Below, one piece after another: positions 19,111-28,861 of a stretch of DNA of 64,000 bases. Every line of letters starts with the position of its first letter. The stretch's first letter is position 1. The notes below the pieces were generated by a model, which was not told the origin of the DNA, ran no database searches, and saw only the letters and a program-made list of their open reading frames with translations. Location of the stretch: positions 1 to 64,000 of the forward strand of contig CAWFQL010000017.1 in the NCBI GenBank assembly GCA_963817915.1, given 5' to 3'. Position numbers and translations under genes: made by a program. Source of the DNA: an uncultured candidate division Zixibacteria bacterium (GTDB taxonomy: Bacteria > Zixibacteria > MSB-5A5 > UBA10806).

Positions 19111-19141
19111 AAAAAAAAGGCGATTATCCGAATCGCCTTTC
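19111..19141. terminator. Probable bidirectional intrinsic terminator
   Basis: AAAAAAAAGGCGATT-ATCCG-AATCGCCTTT between convergent genes. Confidence 0.7.
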
Positions 19142-19148
19142 TATCTTT

Positions 19149-19177
19149 AGCTGACCAAACTGGTCAAATCAGCTTCC
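19149..19177 (-). promoter_or_regulatory. Candidate bacterial SECIS element
   Basis: Minus strand reads TGA-GGAAGCTGATTTGACC-AGTTT-GGTCAGCT: hairpin whose AG-initial loop starts 16 nt after the in-frame TGA. Confidence 0.6.
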
Positions 19178-19372
19178 TCACCTGAATCTGCCTGAGCCGC
19201 CGCAACCTGAAGAGTTGCTTCCGGTTCCAGGTATAGATGAAGAACAGCATGACATTAGCTTTTCCGGATTTTCCGACCCGCATTTAGGGCAAATTATCTT
19301 CTCGGAATTCGAAAAAACCAATTGCTCAAATTTCTCATTGCACTTTACGCATTTGTATTCAAATATTGGCAT
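19169..19372 (-). CDS. FmdB-family zinc-ribbon protein, probable selenoprotein (ends ...CGGSGRFR-U-GS)
   Basis: MPIFEYKCVKC...CPKCGS; TGA at 19180-19178 followed by GGA AGC TGA and a SECIS-like hairpin. Confidence 0.8.
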
Positions 19373-19378
19373 TATAAT

Positions 19379-19576
19379 CTATCTCCATGCGATTAATAAG
19401 CCTACGACCGCAAAATATGGAATGGCAATTGACTGATTGCATAAAATTGTGCATTGCGACCCTGCCATCCCGGCTACCGATGACGCCGCAAATCCAGCCG
19501 CAGCGCCTACAATCAGACCGACAAGCAGTCTGAGAACTTTTCTGTTTTTGTGTTTTGTACTACTACTTAGATTCAT
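19379..19576 (-). CDS. Small two-helix membrane protein with CxxxC loop
   Basis: Two hydrophobic segments around SQCTILCN; sits between DUF302 and FmdB genes. Confidence 0.6.
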   Translation of the reverse strand: MNLSSSTKHKNRKVLRLLVGLIVGAAAGFAASSVAGMAGSQCTILCNQSIAIPYFAVVGLLIAWR

Positions 19577-19946
19577 CTACAATCGACCTTATAGTCTTTT
19601 CGACCTCGTCCGCTAACTCTTTAAGTTGCGGGGCTTTAAAAAATTCACTAATTAACGATGGTTTCATGGCTGAGATCACCGTCTTGCTTCCTTTAATATA
19701 TACATTTATCTTGCACGGTATAAAAAGCCCTATTTCTGGAGATATCTCCAACGCTTTATAGGCAAATCCGGCGTTGCAAATTTCTATTATCTTGTAGGAT
19801 GACCGCTTAAATCCTTTTCCTTCTAATGTATTTTGAACATCATGAATATGCAGTACCCGAAATTTTTTTTCCGGCGCAGCCTTTTCTATTGCCGCAACTA
19901 CCTCGTCAAATTCTTTGTCTGTCTCGACCGTATAACTTAATTCCAT
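19563..19946 (-). CDS. DUF302 domain protein
   Basis: F.VLHIHDV..TL, YKIIEICN...A..AL, IGLFIPCKI.VY. Confidence 0.9.
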   Translation of the reverse strand: MELSYTVETDKEFDEVVAAIEKAAPEKKFRVLHIHDVQNTLEGKGFKRSSYKIIEICNAGFAYKALEISPEIGLFIPCKINVYIKGSKTVISAMKPSLISEFFKAPQLKELADEVEKTIRSIVDESK

Positions 19947-20092
19947 AAAACCAAGTTCCTCCCAAAAAGATCCACATTATTCAACCTGTAACCCTCCTTG
20001 ATCCCGCGAAAAATAGGGTATTTTTCAAAAAAAACAAGACAAATGTTTATTTAGGACTAACATGCTGGCAAAATCTGACGATATTTTAAACT

Positions 20093-21730
20093 ATGAACCA
20101 CGAAACTATAAAATTACTCAAAGAGACGCCAATCTTTGCCGGTCTTTCCGTGACTGGTATAGAAAGATTGGCGGATTTATTTCAGGACATAGATTGTCCG
20201 CCCGGATCGACCATATTTGAAGAAGGAAAACCGGGTGAATGCCTTCTCTTGATTAAATCGGGCAATGTCGAAATCACCAAGAATGGACCCGGTTCCGAAC
20301 GGCCGATTCATCTCGCCTTGCGCGGGCCGGGGGAAATAATTGGCGAAATGGCTATTATTGAAGACTCCACCAGATTCGCGACCGCCAGAGCTATCGATGC
20401 GGTTAAATTGCTGTCTGTTTCCAAAGACAATTTCAAAAAACTACTAAAGGAAAATCCTATTATTGCCTATGAAATTATGAGCACATTGTCCTCAAGACTC
20501 AGGCAATCCGATCTCCAGATGATAGCCGATTTGGAACGGGTCAATAATGAATTGAAAACCGCCAATCACGAACTGAATATCATCACCGAGGAATTGAAAA
20601 AATCCAATCTGGATCTCCAGAAAGCGAAAACATTCAGGGAAAAAATAATTTTCAACTCGCCGTTTTTTATCTTGGCCACAGATCCGTCCGGATCGATCGT
20701 CTTGATGAACGGTTCCGCCGAGAAGGTTTTCGGATGCGAATCAGAAAAATATATCGGGCGTCACATTTCAGAAGTCATCAATATTGCCAAAGGGCAGGGT
20801 TTATTTAGCGATATAATCGGAGTTCTGGAAAGCGGAAATGTCTGGAAACGGAATCTGATAACCCTGACGTCCGACAATAGTCAAATTATTATCGAATTGA
20901 CCGCGCTCAGGGTTGAAGGTGTCGGACACAGCGGAGTCGAAAATATCGCCGACCTATATATGGGCCGCGATATCACCGAAGAAAAAAATATGGAACGTCA
21001 GGCATTCCAGCTTGAGCGAATGGCGACGAGGGGCGAAATGGCGGCGGAAGTTGCCCACGAACTCAATAATTATCTTTCTATCGTGTCCGGCAACCTGGAA
21101 TTGCTTGATATGGCTATGAGCCGCGGGCAGCATGATCAGGTACCCAAGAGATCCTCCTCGATGAGGGAAGGGCTGACGAAAATTACGCTCTTTGTCGAAG
21201 GCTTGATGGGTATCGCCAGACCGGAAGCCAAAATAGAAATCTTCGATCTGCATCAGTTTATCGATAGTGAACTGTTTTTCCTTAAGCCGCAGCCTCGATT
21301 CCGGGATATCGAATTCGCGCTCAGGCTCGGCAATGATATCCCTCTGATAGAGGCCGACCGCAGTCAGCTTCAGCAGGTATTATTTAATCTATTCCTAAAC
21401 GCTTCTGATGCTTTGGCGGAAATTCCACCCGGGAAAAGGCGAATTACGATTTATACCACGTATTCAAAAGATGATGATATGGTAAAGGTCTCGGTCGGAG
21501 ATAATGGCTGCGGCATGTCGGATATCGATTACCAAAGGGCCTTCAGACAGCATTTCACCACCAAAAAAGCCGGAAAAGGTTTCGGTCTTTTGGCTGTCAA
21601 ACGGGCTATCCGTTCTCACGGCGGACGGGTATCGGTCGCGCGTGGCCCTGAAGGCGGTGCCAGCTTCTCATTCGAAATCCCGAGACGTCAATCTGCCGGT
21701 CAACCAAAGCCTTCGCAAGTTCCGGCCTAA
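20093..21730 (+). CDS. Cytoplasmic sensor histidine kinase with cNMP-binding and PAS domains
   Basis: IFEEG..G, IGEMAII...RFATA; coiled coil; PAS ending GRDITE; AHELNNYL, QVLFNLFLNA, DNGCGM, FTTK..GKGFGL. Confidence 0.9.
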   Translation: MNHETIKLLKETPIFAGLSVTGIERLADLFQDIDCPPGSTIFEEGKPGECLLLIKSGNVEITKNGPGSERPIHLALRGPGEIIGEMAIIEDSTRFATARAIDAVKLLSVSKDNFKKLLKENPIIAYEIMSTLSSRLRQSDLQMIADLERVNNELKTANHELNIITEELKKSNLDLQKAKTFREKIIFNSPFFILATDPSGSIVLMNGSAEKVFGCESEKYIGRHISEVINIAKGQGLFSDIIGVLESGNVWKRNLITLTSDNSQIIIELTALRVEGVGHSGVENIADLYMGRDITEEKNMERQAFQLERMATRGEMAAEVAHELNNYLSIVSGNLELLDMAMSRGQHDQVPKRSSSMREGLTKITLFVEGLMGIARPEAKIEIFDLHQFIDSELFFLKPQPRFRDIEFALRLGNDIPLIEADRSQLQQVLFNLFLNASDALAEIPPGKRRITIYTTYSKDDDMVKVSVGDNGCGMSDIDYQRAFRQHFTTKKAGKGFGLLAVKRAIRSHGGRVSVARGPEGGASFSFEIPRRQSAGQPKPSQVPA

Positions 21731-21744
21731 ATCCTGGAGCGCCT

Positions 21745-22086
21745 GTGGATTCTCTCTTTTTTCTCTTTCTCGGGCATTTCGCCGGAGATTACTCATTTCA
21801 ATCTGACGCGCTTGCCAAAAATAAGTCAATTTCCCGACTATCGCTTTTTGTCCACGTCATCATTTATTCGATTTGTATCGCCGGAGCGATCTTGCTTCAC
21901 GACATTTTTTATAATCCTGATTTGATTGATGCCGCTTTGAAATGGATGCCGGCTGTTTTTGTGCTTCATTATGCTCAGGATTTCGTAAAATCAAGATTTT
22001 TCAATGGTTCTAAACAGTTTTATTATATAGATCAATTTATTCACGTTACAGTGCTCTACGCGCTAAGAATAATTATTGGGGCATAA
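21745..22086 (+). CDS. DUF3307 family membrane protein
   Basis: GHFAGDYSFQ, L..HV.IY, HYAQDFVK, DQFIH. Confidence 0.85.
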   Translation: MDSLFFLFLGHFAGDYSFQSDALAKNKSISRLSLFVHVIIYSICIAGAILLHDIFYNPDLIDAALKWMPAVFVLHYAQDFVKSRFFNGSKQFYYIDQFIHVTVLYALRIIIGA

Positions 22087-25000
22087 CTTGAAAAAGCAAC
22101 GCAGTAAAACAACAACCCCCTCGAACCTTTTCGGATATTTTTCCAGGCTTGAATTAAAGCAGGCATTCGATCCCGCTGGAAAGAAGGCCTTGAAAACTAT
22201 CAAAGGTACCTATCTATTCGCTGATCTTTCGGGATTCACAGCAATGTCAGATCGATTGAGCGTTCTGGGGAGAAAAGGCGCGGAAGAGCTCGCCGCAATT
22301 ATAAATAAGATTTTCGATCCGCTTCTTGATATCGTTTTTTCATATAAAGGTGATGTCGTGAAATTCGGCGGAGATGCTATCCTGGTGGTCTTCAATGGAA
22401 AACTACACACCCCCCGTGCCCTGGAATGCGCCGTGCAGCTCATAAAATACATAGAAAAGCATCGTCAAGTGAAGATCGATGCCGGAATATTTCCGATAGA
22501 TATCCATGTTGGCATTTCCCGCGGTACCGCTCTGTCCGCGATTATAGGAAATAAATCGGATCGCTACGATCATCTCTTTTGTGGGACCGATATTTCCCGA
22601 TCATATCTTGCTTCCGAAATGGCGCAAGCAGGTGAAATTTACGTATCCAAGGATTGTATTCCCCATCTTCCCAGGAAGCTTATTATTGATTCCTCGAATA
22701 AATTGTATTCGAAAATAAATATCCCAAATTGCAGACTAAAATTGATAAGTCATAAAACGCCCCCAAAATCCGGCCTGAAAGCATCACGGCTGAAAACGCT
22801 GATAAGTGATAGCCTGTGGGATAAATTAATAAATTCATCCGATGGCAAAATAGAAGGCGAGCATCGGCATCTGACCACCATGTTCATCGGCATCGAAGGC
22901 TTGTACAAAAATTTGAGCAAAGCCGGGTCAAAAAAGACCGCCGTGCTAAAGAAGCTTAATGCCTATATAGATAAGATGATGGAAATTGCCAATTATCATG
23001 GTGGGAATATTGTCAGATTTGACTTAACCGGTTCCGGCGAGAGGATGCTGGCATTCTTTGGTGCGCCTGTTATGAGAGAGAGTGCCCCTTATGACGCGTT
23101 AGATGCCAGCCTGAAGATGATCTTGGTAACCAACGAAATAGCCGCGAAATTCAAATATCCTATTAAAATCAAAATTGGCGTAAACTCAGGTGTCAGCTAT
23201 GTCGGGGATGTCGGCGGGAGTTTTAGGCGAGAATACTCCGCCATGGGAAAAGAAGTAAATCTCGCAGCTCGTTTGATGACCGAAGCGGACTGGAGCGAAA
23301 TTATAATCGGGCCCGGCACGACTGCCATAGTAGACGCCGCGTTCGAAATGTCTTTAAAAGACACAGTCAATCTCAAAGGTATTTCAAGGCCGATACCCCT
23401 GATGAGATTAGAACGACGAACACCGAAAGTAATAACCCCGCCCGCGTTTCAAAATCTTGTCGGTCGAGAAAATGAAATCAAATATATCGATAGTTTTGCG
23501 GAAAGTTTAATTTCAGGCGACGGCCCGATCATGCAGCTTCTAGGTGATGCTGGTTCAGGTAAGACGATGCTGATGGAAAATGCCTGCAGCGTCATCGCCA
23601 AAAATAATATTCCAATTGTTGCCTCGGCCTGTTTCGAAAATACCGCCAATATACCCTATGCCCCCATCGCCTTAATCTTGCGAGCCTCATTAAATATCGA
23701 TGAAGACGATGAAATCTTCGCGAGAAAAGAAAAACTCCAATATGCGTTAAGGCAGATTGACGCCCTTGAGTGGGAATGCCTGATTTCTCCGCTCGCCGGC
23801 TATTCGATCGGACCCAGCAGGGAAATCAAAAACCTTTCAGAAGCTGTTCGGCGCAATAGGGTATTTCAACTTATCGGCGCCCTGATTCTATATTCGTTTG
23901 AAGATAAGCCCGGTTGCATTGCCATAGATGATCTTCATTGGTCGGACGCCACAACCCTTGAATTCTTAAGGCTGTACCTCAAATGGTTTTCTCAAAATAA
24001 AATCGGCGTTATTCTGGTATCGAGATTTTCGGAATCGGTTCCGGAATATGAAAATGCCAAAGTTATCAAATTGGGCGCTCTCGATGATGACACCTGTTTC
24101 AGATTTTTGAAAACCATCATTAAAGAAGAGTTGCCCGAGGAATTATTAAAAGAAATAGTAAAAGCCTCGGGCGGAAATCCTTTCTATCTGGAGGAAATTG
24201 GCAAATCCATCAGGGAATCCGGAGTCGTTAATTGGTCCGATGGCGGGGGAATTCCCGCCAGCGTAGAACGTGTTATCACCGCGCGATTCGATAGACTTGA
24301 TGAAATGGTTCGAACAACAATCCGAACAGCGAGCGTTATCGGCAGAATTTTCGGATTGGAAGATCTAAAAACTATTTTCCAGCAGAAAGATAAAATACTA
24401 AAGCTGCCATCGTACCTGGCTAAATCCGCCGAAATGGATATAACCCCGCTGGAGCAAATTAAGCCGACTGTAGAATACAAATTCAAACATGTTCTAACCC
24501 GTGAAGTAGCTTACTCCGGCCTGTCATTCAAAACAAGGAATCAACTCCATTGTGAGCTTGCGTCTTATTATCATAAAATTCGATCCTCGCGCGGTATCAG
24601 TCATGGTCTAATAGGATATCATTTTGAACGGTCCGATAATCCAACTCTGGCAGTTCCGTATTATCTTTTGGCAGCCAGGGAAGCCCAGAGGACATATTCT
24701 AATTCAGAATCTATTCACTATTATTCCAAAATATTGAATCTGCTTGAAAAATCGTCCAATGTCGCGATTAAGTGCCGTGCCCATTTAGGACTTGGATCGA
24801 TCTATAAATTAATCGGAATGTATGATTTGGCCGAACAAAGCCTCCTGCAGGCCAAATTGATTTGTTCTGAAAGGAACGAATGTAAGATCGAGGCCCTGAA
24901 AATTCTATCCGAATTGTATCGTATTAAATCTGATTATCAAAAATCATCGGATGCTCTCGATGAATTGAAAAATATCGATGAAACCGATGGCAGATTGAAT

Positions 25001-26170
25001 ATTATTTATGAAAATGGTATGGGTGAAATTGCCCGTCGAACCGGTAATTTAAACGAGGCCATGAGACATTATTCATGCGCTTTAAGCCATACCGAGTATC
25101 ACGAATCCGATTTGGTCGCCCAGCTCTATAATAATCTGGGAATTTGTCTCTGGAAGATGAATCGTCTCGGAGAGGCAATTGAAAATTATGATAAGGCAAA
25201 AAACATATATATCAAAAATGAAGATCTTCAGGGGCAGGCCAAGATTGCCAATAATTCGGGAATCGTGCTGGAGCAAATAGGCGACCTCGCAAATGCGGCA
25301 AAAAACTATATCGAGGCCGGCAAAGTGTTTGAAAAAATCGGCGATATCAGGTCACTCGGATATTGTTATGGCAACCTGGCGACAAATTATATTGTCAGGG
25401 GATTGCCCGGTTCAGCACGAGATTATCTGGTAAAGGCGCTTGAGTTATTCGAAAAAATCGATGACAAAACTAGTATTTCCTTGACCGTCGGCAATTGGGC
25501 CGACTGGTATTTGCTTGTCGGTGATAGAGATATGGCACTCTCCAAGTGTGAGGATTCGACTAAATTGGCAGACGAAACCGATAACGATGAACTCATCTGC
25601 GAAAATCACATAAGAAAAGCTGTCATCACTATGGATTCGAATAAGACAATGGCCACGGAGCTTTTAAATAAAACCTTAAATGAATCCAAACAAAAAGGAT
25701 GGGAAGATCTCGGGACAAAGGCCGCGTTGGAGCTCATGAAAATTGAATTGAACTCACTTTCGGATATCGGCAAGATCACGATACTGCCAAGATTGAATCA
25801 AATTGAAAAAGAAGATATGTCGCCGATATCGAGATGCAGGCTAAGGCTCTTATTCGCGAAATTGTCGATAATGTCAAATGAAACAGCCTCTGCCCAAAAT
25901 AATATTTTATCCGCCTATAAAATCGCGCGCAAAAGCGATTTGGTATATTTCCAATGGATTGCGCTTAAACTTTATGCGGCGTTAAATGGCGATGATCAGA
26001 AAAAAATCTCTCTTCGAACCGAGATTCTCGAAGAAAGAATCTTCGAAGGACTCGATCAAGATGCCATTTCCGCGATCCGCGGCGGGCTGATAGCGAAACT
26101 TGATTATTATTCCAGGAAATCTGAATATCGCAAAACCGAAAATCCGCAAATATCCGCCCTTAGTAGCTAA
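22076..26170 (+). CDS. Tandem class III nucleotidyl cyclase + P-loop NTPase + TPR protein (soluble adenylate cyclase-like architecture)
   Basis: FADLSGFT...KFGGDA; second domain IGVNSG...EYSAMGKEVNLAARL; LVGRENE, GDAGSGKT, IDDLHWSD, SGGNPFYLEE; TPR-like C-terminus. Confidence 0.9.
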   Translation: MGHNLKKQRSKTTTPSNLFGYFSRLELKQAFDPAGKKALKTIKGTYLFADLSGFTAMSDRLSVLGRKGAEELAAIINKIFDPLLDIVFSYKGDVVKFGGDAILVVFNGKLHTPRALECAVQLIKYIEKHRQVKIDAGIFPIDIHVGISRGTALSAIIGNKSDRYDHLFCGTDISRSYLASEMAQAGEIYVSKDCIPHLPRKLIIDSSNKLYSKINIPNCRLKLISHKTPPKSGLKASRLKTLISDSLWDKLINSSDGKIEGEHRHLTTMFIGIEGLYKNLSKAGSKKTAVLKKLNAYIDKMMEIANYHGGNIVRFDLTGSGERMLAFFGAPVMRESAPYDALDASLKMILVTNEIAAKFKYPIKIKIGVNSGVSYVGDVGGSFRREYSAMGKEVNLAARLMTEADWSEIIIGPGTTAIVDAAFEMSLKDTVNLKGISRPIPLMRLERRTPKVITPPAFQNLVGRENEIKYIDSFAESLISGDGPIMQLLGDAGSGKTMLMENACSVIAKNNIPIVASACFENTANIPYAPIALILRASLNIDEDDEIFARKEKLQYALRQIDALEWECLISPLAGYSIGPSREIKNLSEAVRRNRVFQLIGALILYSFEDKPGCIAIDDLHWSDATTLEFLRLYLKWFSQNKIGVILVSRFSESVPEYENAKVIKLGALDDDTCFRFLKTIIKEELPEELLKEIVKASGGNPFYLEEIGKSIRESGVVNWSDGGGIPASVERVITARFDRLDEMVRTTIRTASVIGRIFGLEDLKTIFQQKDKILKLPSYLAKSAEMDITPLEQIKPTVEYKFKHVLTREVAYSGLSFKTRNQLHCELASYYHKIRSSRGISHGLIGYHFERSDNPTLAVPYYLLAAREAQRTYSNSESIHYYSKILNLLEKSSNVAIKCRAHLGLGSIYKLIGMYDLAEQSLLQAKLICSERNECKIEALKILSELYRIKSDYQKSSDALDELKNIDETDGRLNIIYENGMGEIARRTGNLNEAMRHYSCALSHTEYHESDLVAQLYNNLGICLWKMNRLGEAIENYDKAKNIYIKNEDLQGQAKIANNSGIVLEQIGDLANAAKNYIEAGKVFEKIGDIRSLGYCYGNLATNYIVRGLPGSARDYLVKALELFEKIDDKTSISLTVGNWADWYLLVGDRDMALSKCEDSTKLADETDNDELICENHIRKAVITMDSNKTMATELLNKTLNESKQKGWEDLGTKAALELMKIELNSLSDIGKITILPRLNQIEKEDMSPISRCRLRLLFAKLSIMSNETASAQNNILSAYKIARKSDLVYFQWIALKLYAALNGDDQKKISLRTEILEERIFEGLDQDAISAIRGGLIAKLDYYSRKSEYRKTENPQISALSS

Positions 26171-26217
26171 ACATTAATTTGACATTTACCCCATTAAAAA
26201 CTAATTACCATTAATAG

Positions 26218-26658
26218 TTGAACCTATTCAATCGGGAGATAGATTTGAAATCACATACATATTACCATTGGTTTAATACGAAGAACAATCGAGAATTTAT
26301 CCGGATCACCGATATTGTTGAATCGGAACTGTCGAAATCGGCCATCAAAGAGGGTCTCTGCCTGGTTTCCGCGATGCATATTACTGCAGGCGTCTATATC
26401 AATGACGCGGAAGACGGGCTGATTCAGGATATCGATGACTGGCTTCAGACCCTCGCGCCTGAAGGCCCCGACTACCGTCATCATCGAACCGGTGAAACCA
26501 ATGGCGACGCTCATTTGAAAAATCTCCTTATCGGGCATGAGGTCATTATTCCTGTGACCAATAGCAAACTCGATCTGGGACCATGGCAGCAGGTGTATTA
26601 TGCGGAATTCGATGGCAGAAGGAAGAAACGGTTAATAATAAAAATAATCGGAGAATAG
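26218..26658 (+). CDS. yjbQ: YjbQ/UPF0047 family protein
   Basis: [37 protein letters not shown]. Confidence 0.9.
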   Translation: MNLFNREIDLKSHTYYHWFNTKNNREFIRITDIVESELSKSAIKEGLCLVSAMHITAGVYINDAEDGLIQDIDDWLQTLAPEGPDYRHHRTGETNGDAHLKNLLIGHEVIIPVTNSKLDLGPWQQVYYAEFDGRRKKRLIIKIIGE

Positions 26659-26820
26659 ATAATCGCAGCAGCGTACCCACAAAATTGTTCGACTAAATTA
26701 TATAATCATGCGTGGCGATATAGATTACAGGATTATCTTATCCTATTGTATCTTGACATCGATAACGATGTCTGATTTCTTATTAAGGATGTTTTGTATG
26801 TCGTCATTTCCGTTTAGGAG

Positions 26821-28014
26821 TTGCAAATGCGTGAAGTAGTCATTCTTGATGGTGCCAGGACCGCGTTCGGGGAATTTGGCGGCTCGTTGATCGATATCGG
26901 AGCCAATTATCTCGGCGCGATCGCGGCCAGAAAGGCTATCGAACGGTCAGGAATAAGGCCCGATCACATCGATCACGTCATCTTCGGCAACGCTCTGCAA
27001 ACTTCTCCCGATGCCGTCTATGGCGCAAGGCACGTTGGCTTAAAATCAGGAGTTCCGATGGCAGTACCGGCAGTCACTGTCAATCAGGTATGCGGCTCGG
27101 GGCTTCACGCGATTATTTATGGCATTCAGCTCATTCAACTCGGTGCCGCGGAAATTTGTCTTGTTGGCGGCATGGAAAATATGTCGCAGGCTCCCCATGT
27201 TGTCCGCGGAGCGCGCTGGAAATCATCTCTGGGCAGGGGAGAGATGGAGGATTCGTTGTGGACCGCTTTGATAGATTCTTACAACAATATGCCCTTGGGC
27301 CTGACTGCTGATAATCTCGGTCAAAAATACGGCGTAACCCGCGAGCAGCAGGATGAATATGCGCTCAGCTCGCAGATGTGTGCCTTAGGCGCGCGAGAAA
27401 AGGGATTGTTGGCCGAAGAAATCACTCCGGTAATGGTGCCCGATAAAAAAGACAATGAGATTGAATTCACCAATGATGAACATATTAGAAATATTTCAAT
27501 GGAAACCCTTGCCAAAATGAAGCCCGCTTTTCGCCCAGATGGCGGAGTCACTCCCGGAAATTCATCCGGCATAGGGGACGGTGCCGCGGCGCTTATCGTA
27601 GCATCGCGCAAAAAAGCAAAGGAACTTGGCCTTGTGCCCAGAGCGAAAATTTCCTCCTATGCCGTTTGCGGAGTCGATCCGGACGCCATGGGCATCGGGC
27701 CCGTGCCTGCGATGAAGATCGCTTCCAAAGATGCTTCCGTGGAAGTTCGTAATTTCGATTTGTATGAAGTCAATGAAGCCTACGCGGCGCAGTATCTTGT
27801 TTGTGAAAAGGAATTGGGCTTGGATCGTAGCCGTGTCAATGTCAATGGCGGCGCGATCGCAATCGGAAATCCTCTTGCAGCTACCGGAGCCCGGATAGTT
27901 TTGACATTAATGTATGAAATGAATCGGCGCCAAGCTCGGAATGGTATCGCCGCGTTATCTGTTGCCGGCGGCCAGGGCGACGCTCTCGCGATCGAGAAAT
28001 TTATCCCCAAATAA
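26821..28014 (+). CDS. Thiolase (acetyl-CoA C-acyltransferase) family protein with non-canonical active site
   Basis: RTAFG, NQVCGSG, GG.ENMS, T.GNSS...DGAAA, NEAYA; GNP and SVAGG replace GHP and CxGGG. Confidence 0.85.
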   Translation: MQMREVVILDGARTAFGEFGGSLIDIGANYLGAIAARKAIERSGIRPDHIDHVIFGNALQTSPDAVYGARHVGLKSGVPMAVPAVTVNQVCGSGLHAIIYGIQLIQLGAAEICLVGGMENMSQAPHVVRGARWKSSLGRGEMEDSLWTALIDSYNNMPLGLTADNLGQKYGVTREQQDEYALSSQMCALGAREKGLLAEEITPVMVPDKKDNEIEFTNDEHIRNISMETLAKMKPAFRPDGGVTPGNSSGIGDGAAALIVASRKKAKELGLVPRAKISSYAVCGVDPDAMGIGPVPAMKIASKDASVEVRNFDLYEVNEAYAAQYLVCEKELGLDRSRVNVNGGAIAIGNPLAATGARIVLTLMYEMNRRQARNGIAALSVAGGQGDALAIEKFIPK

Positions 28015-28026
28015 TATCGGGGCATT

Positions 28027-28746
28027 TTGAAATCAGTCGATAATGCCGTAAAATTCATTCGGGAAGGTCTCAAGAAGTATTACGGGACCAAAAAAATCCA
28101 GATGAATTGGTATTTCAATAATACCAGCCTCGAAATAAGAGGCGTTTCTTCAAAACAGCACAAAATTTTAAGCAAGGAATTTGTCGCTGAATTCGGCAAA
28201 GACCCGGGACAGGATTTCATTCATAAGGTCTCATTAAGCCTGTGGAAATCAACTATATTCGAAGAAAAAGGCAAGGCCATCGGGCTAATTTGCCTGTATC
28301 CCCGCTATTTCGACGACGCCACCTGGAAGATAGCGGAAAAATATCTGGCCGAGTTAGACAATTGGGCATTCCATGATGAAATTGCCACCGGCATTTTCGG
28401 CGAATTGATCTTGTTGGATATGGGTAGATTCAAGAGACTCTCCAAATGGACTAAGTCCGCGAATTTCTGGGAACGGCGCTCTTCGGCGGTAGCCACAATT
28501 CCATTGAATCAATCCGGCAATGTAAATCCCAAATTATCCTTTAAAATGTGCAAACCGCTAATGGTTGATGGCGAGATCATGGTTCAAAAAGGTGTCTCCT
28601 GGACAATTCGAACCGCTTCCAAGCATGATCCTGACGGAGCATTCGAATTATTGACCCAATCAAAAGGGAAAACCTCTCGATGGATTCTGCGTGACGGCTC
28701 CGGTAAATTGTCGGATTGGATGAGAAAAATCATCTTGGCCAAATAA
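28027..28746 (+). CDS. DNA alkylation repair protein (AlkD-like HEAT repeat)
   Basis: LDNWAFHD, W.KS.NFWERR, MVQKGVSWTIR. Confidence 0.8.
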   Translation: MKSVDNAVKFIREGLKKYYGTKKIQMNWYFNNTSLEIRGVSSKQHKILSKEFVAEFGKDPGQDFIHKVSLSLWKSTIFEEKGKAIGLICLYPRYFDDATWKIAEKYLAELDNWAFHDEIATGIFGELILLDMGRFKRLSKWTKSANFWERRSSAVATIPLNQSGNVNPKLSFKMCKPLMVDGEIMVQKGVSWTIRTASKHDPDGAFELLTQSKGKTSRWILRDGSGKLSDWMRKIILAK

Positions 28747-28861
28747 CCCCTGTCAACGTTTCAATTCTTTACAAAATTTCATATTTCATACAGTAACATT
28801 GAGGATTTCCATGCCGATAATATTAGCAATTAACTAAACTTACATCCTTTGGAGGGGAAAA

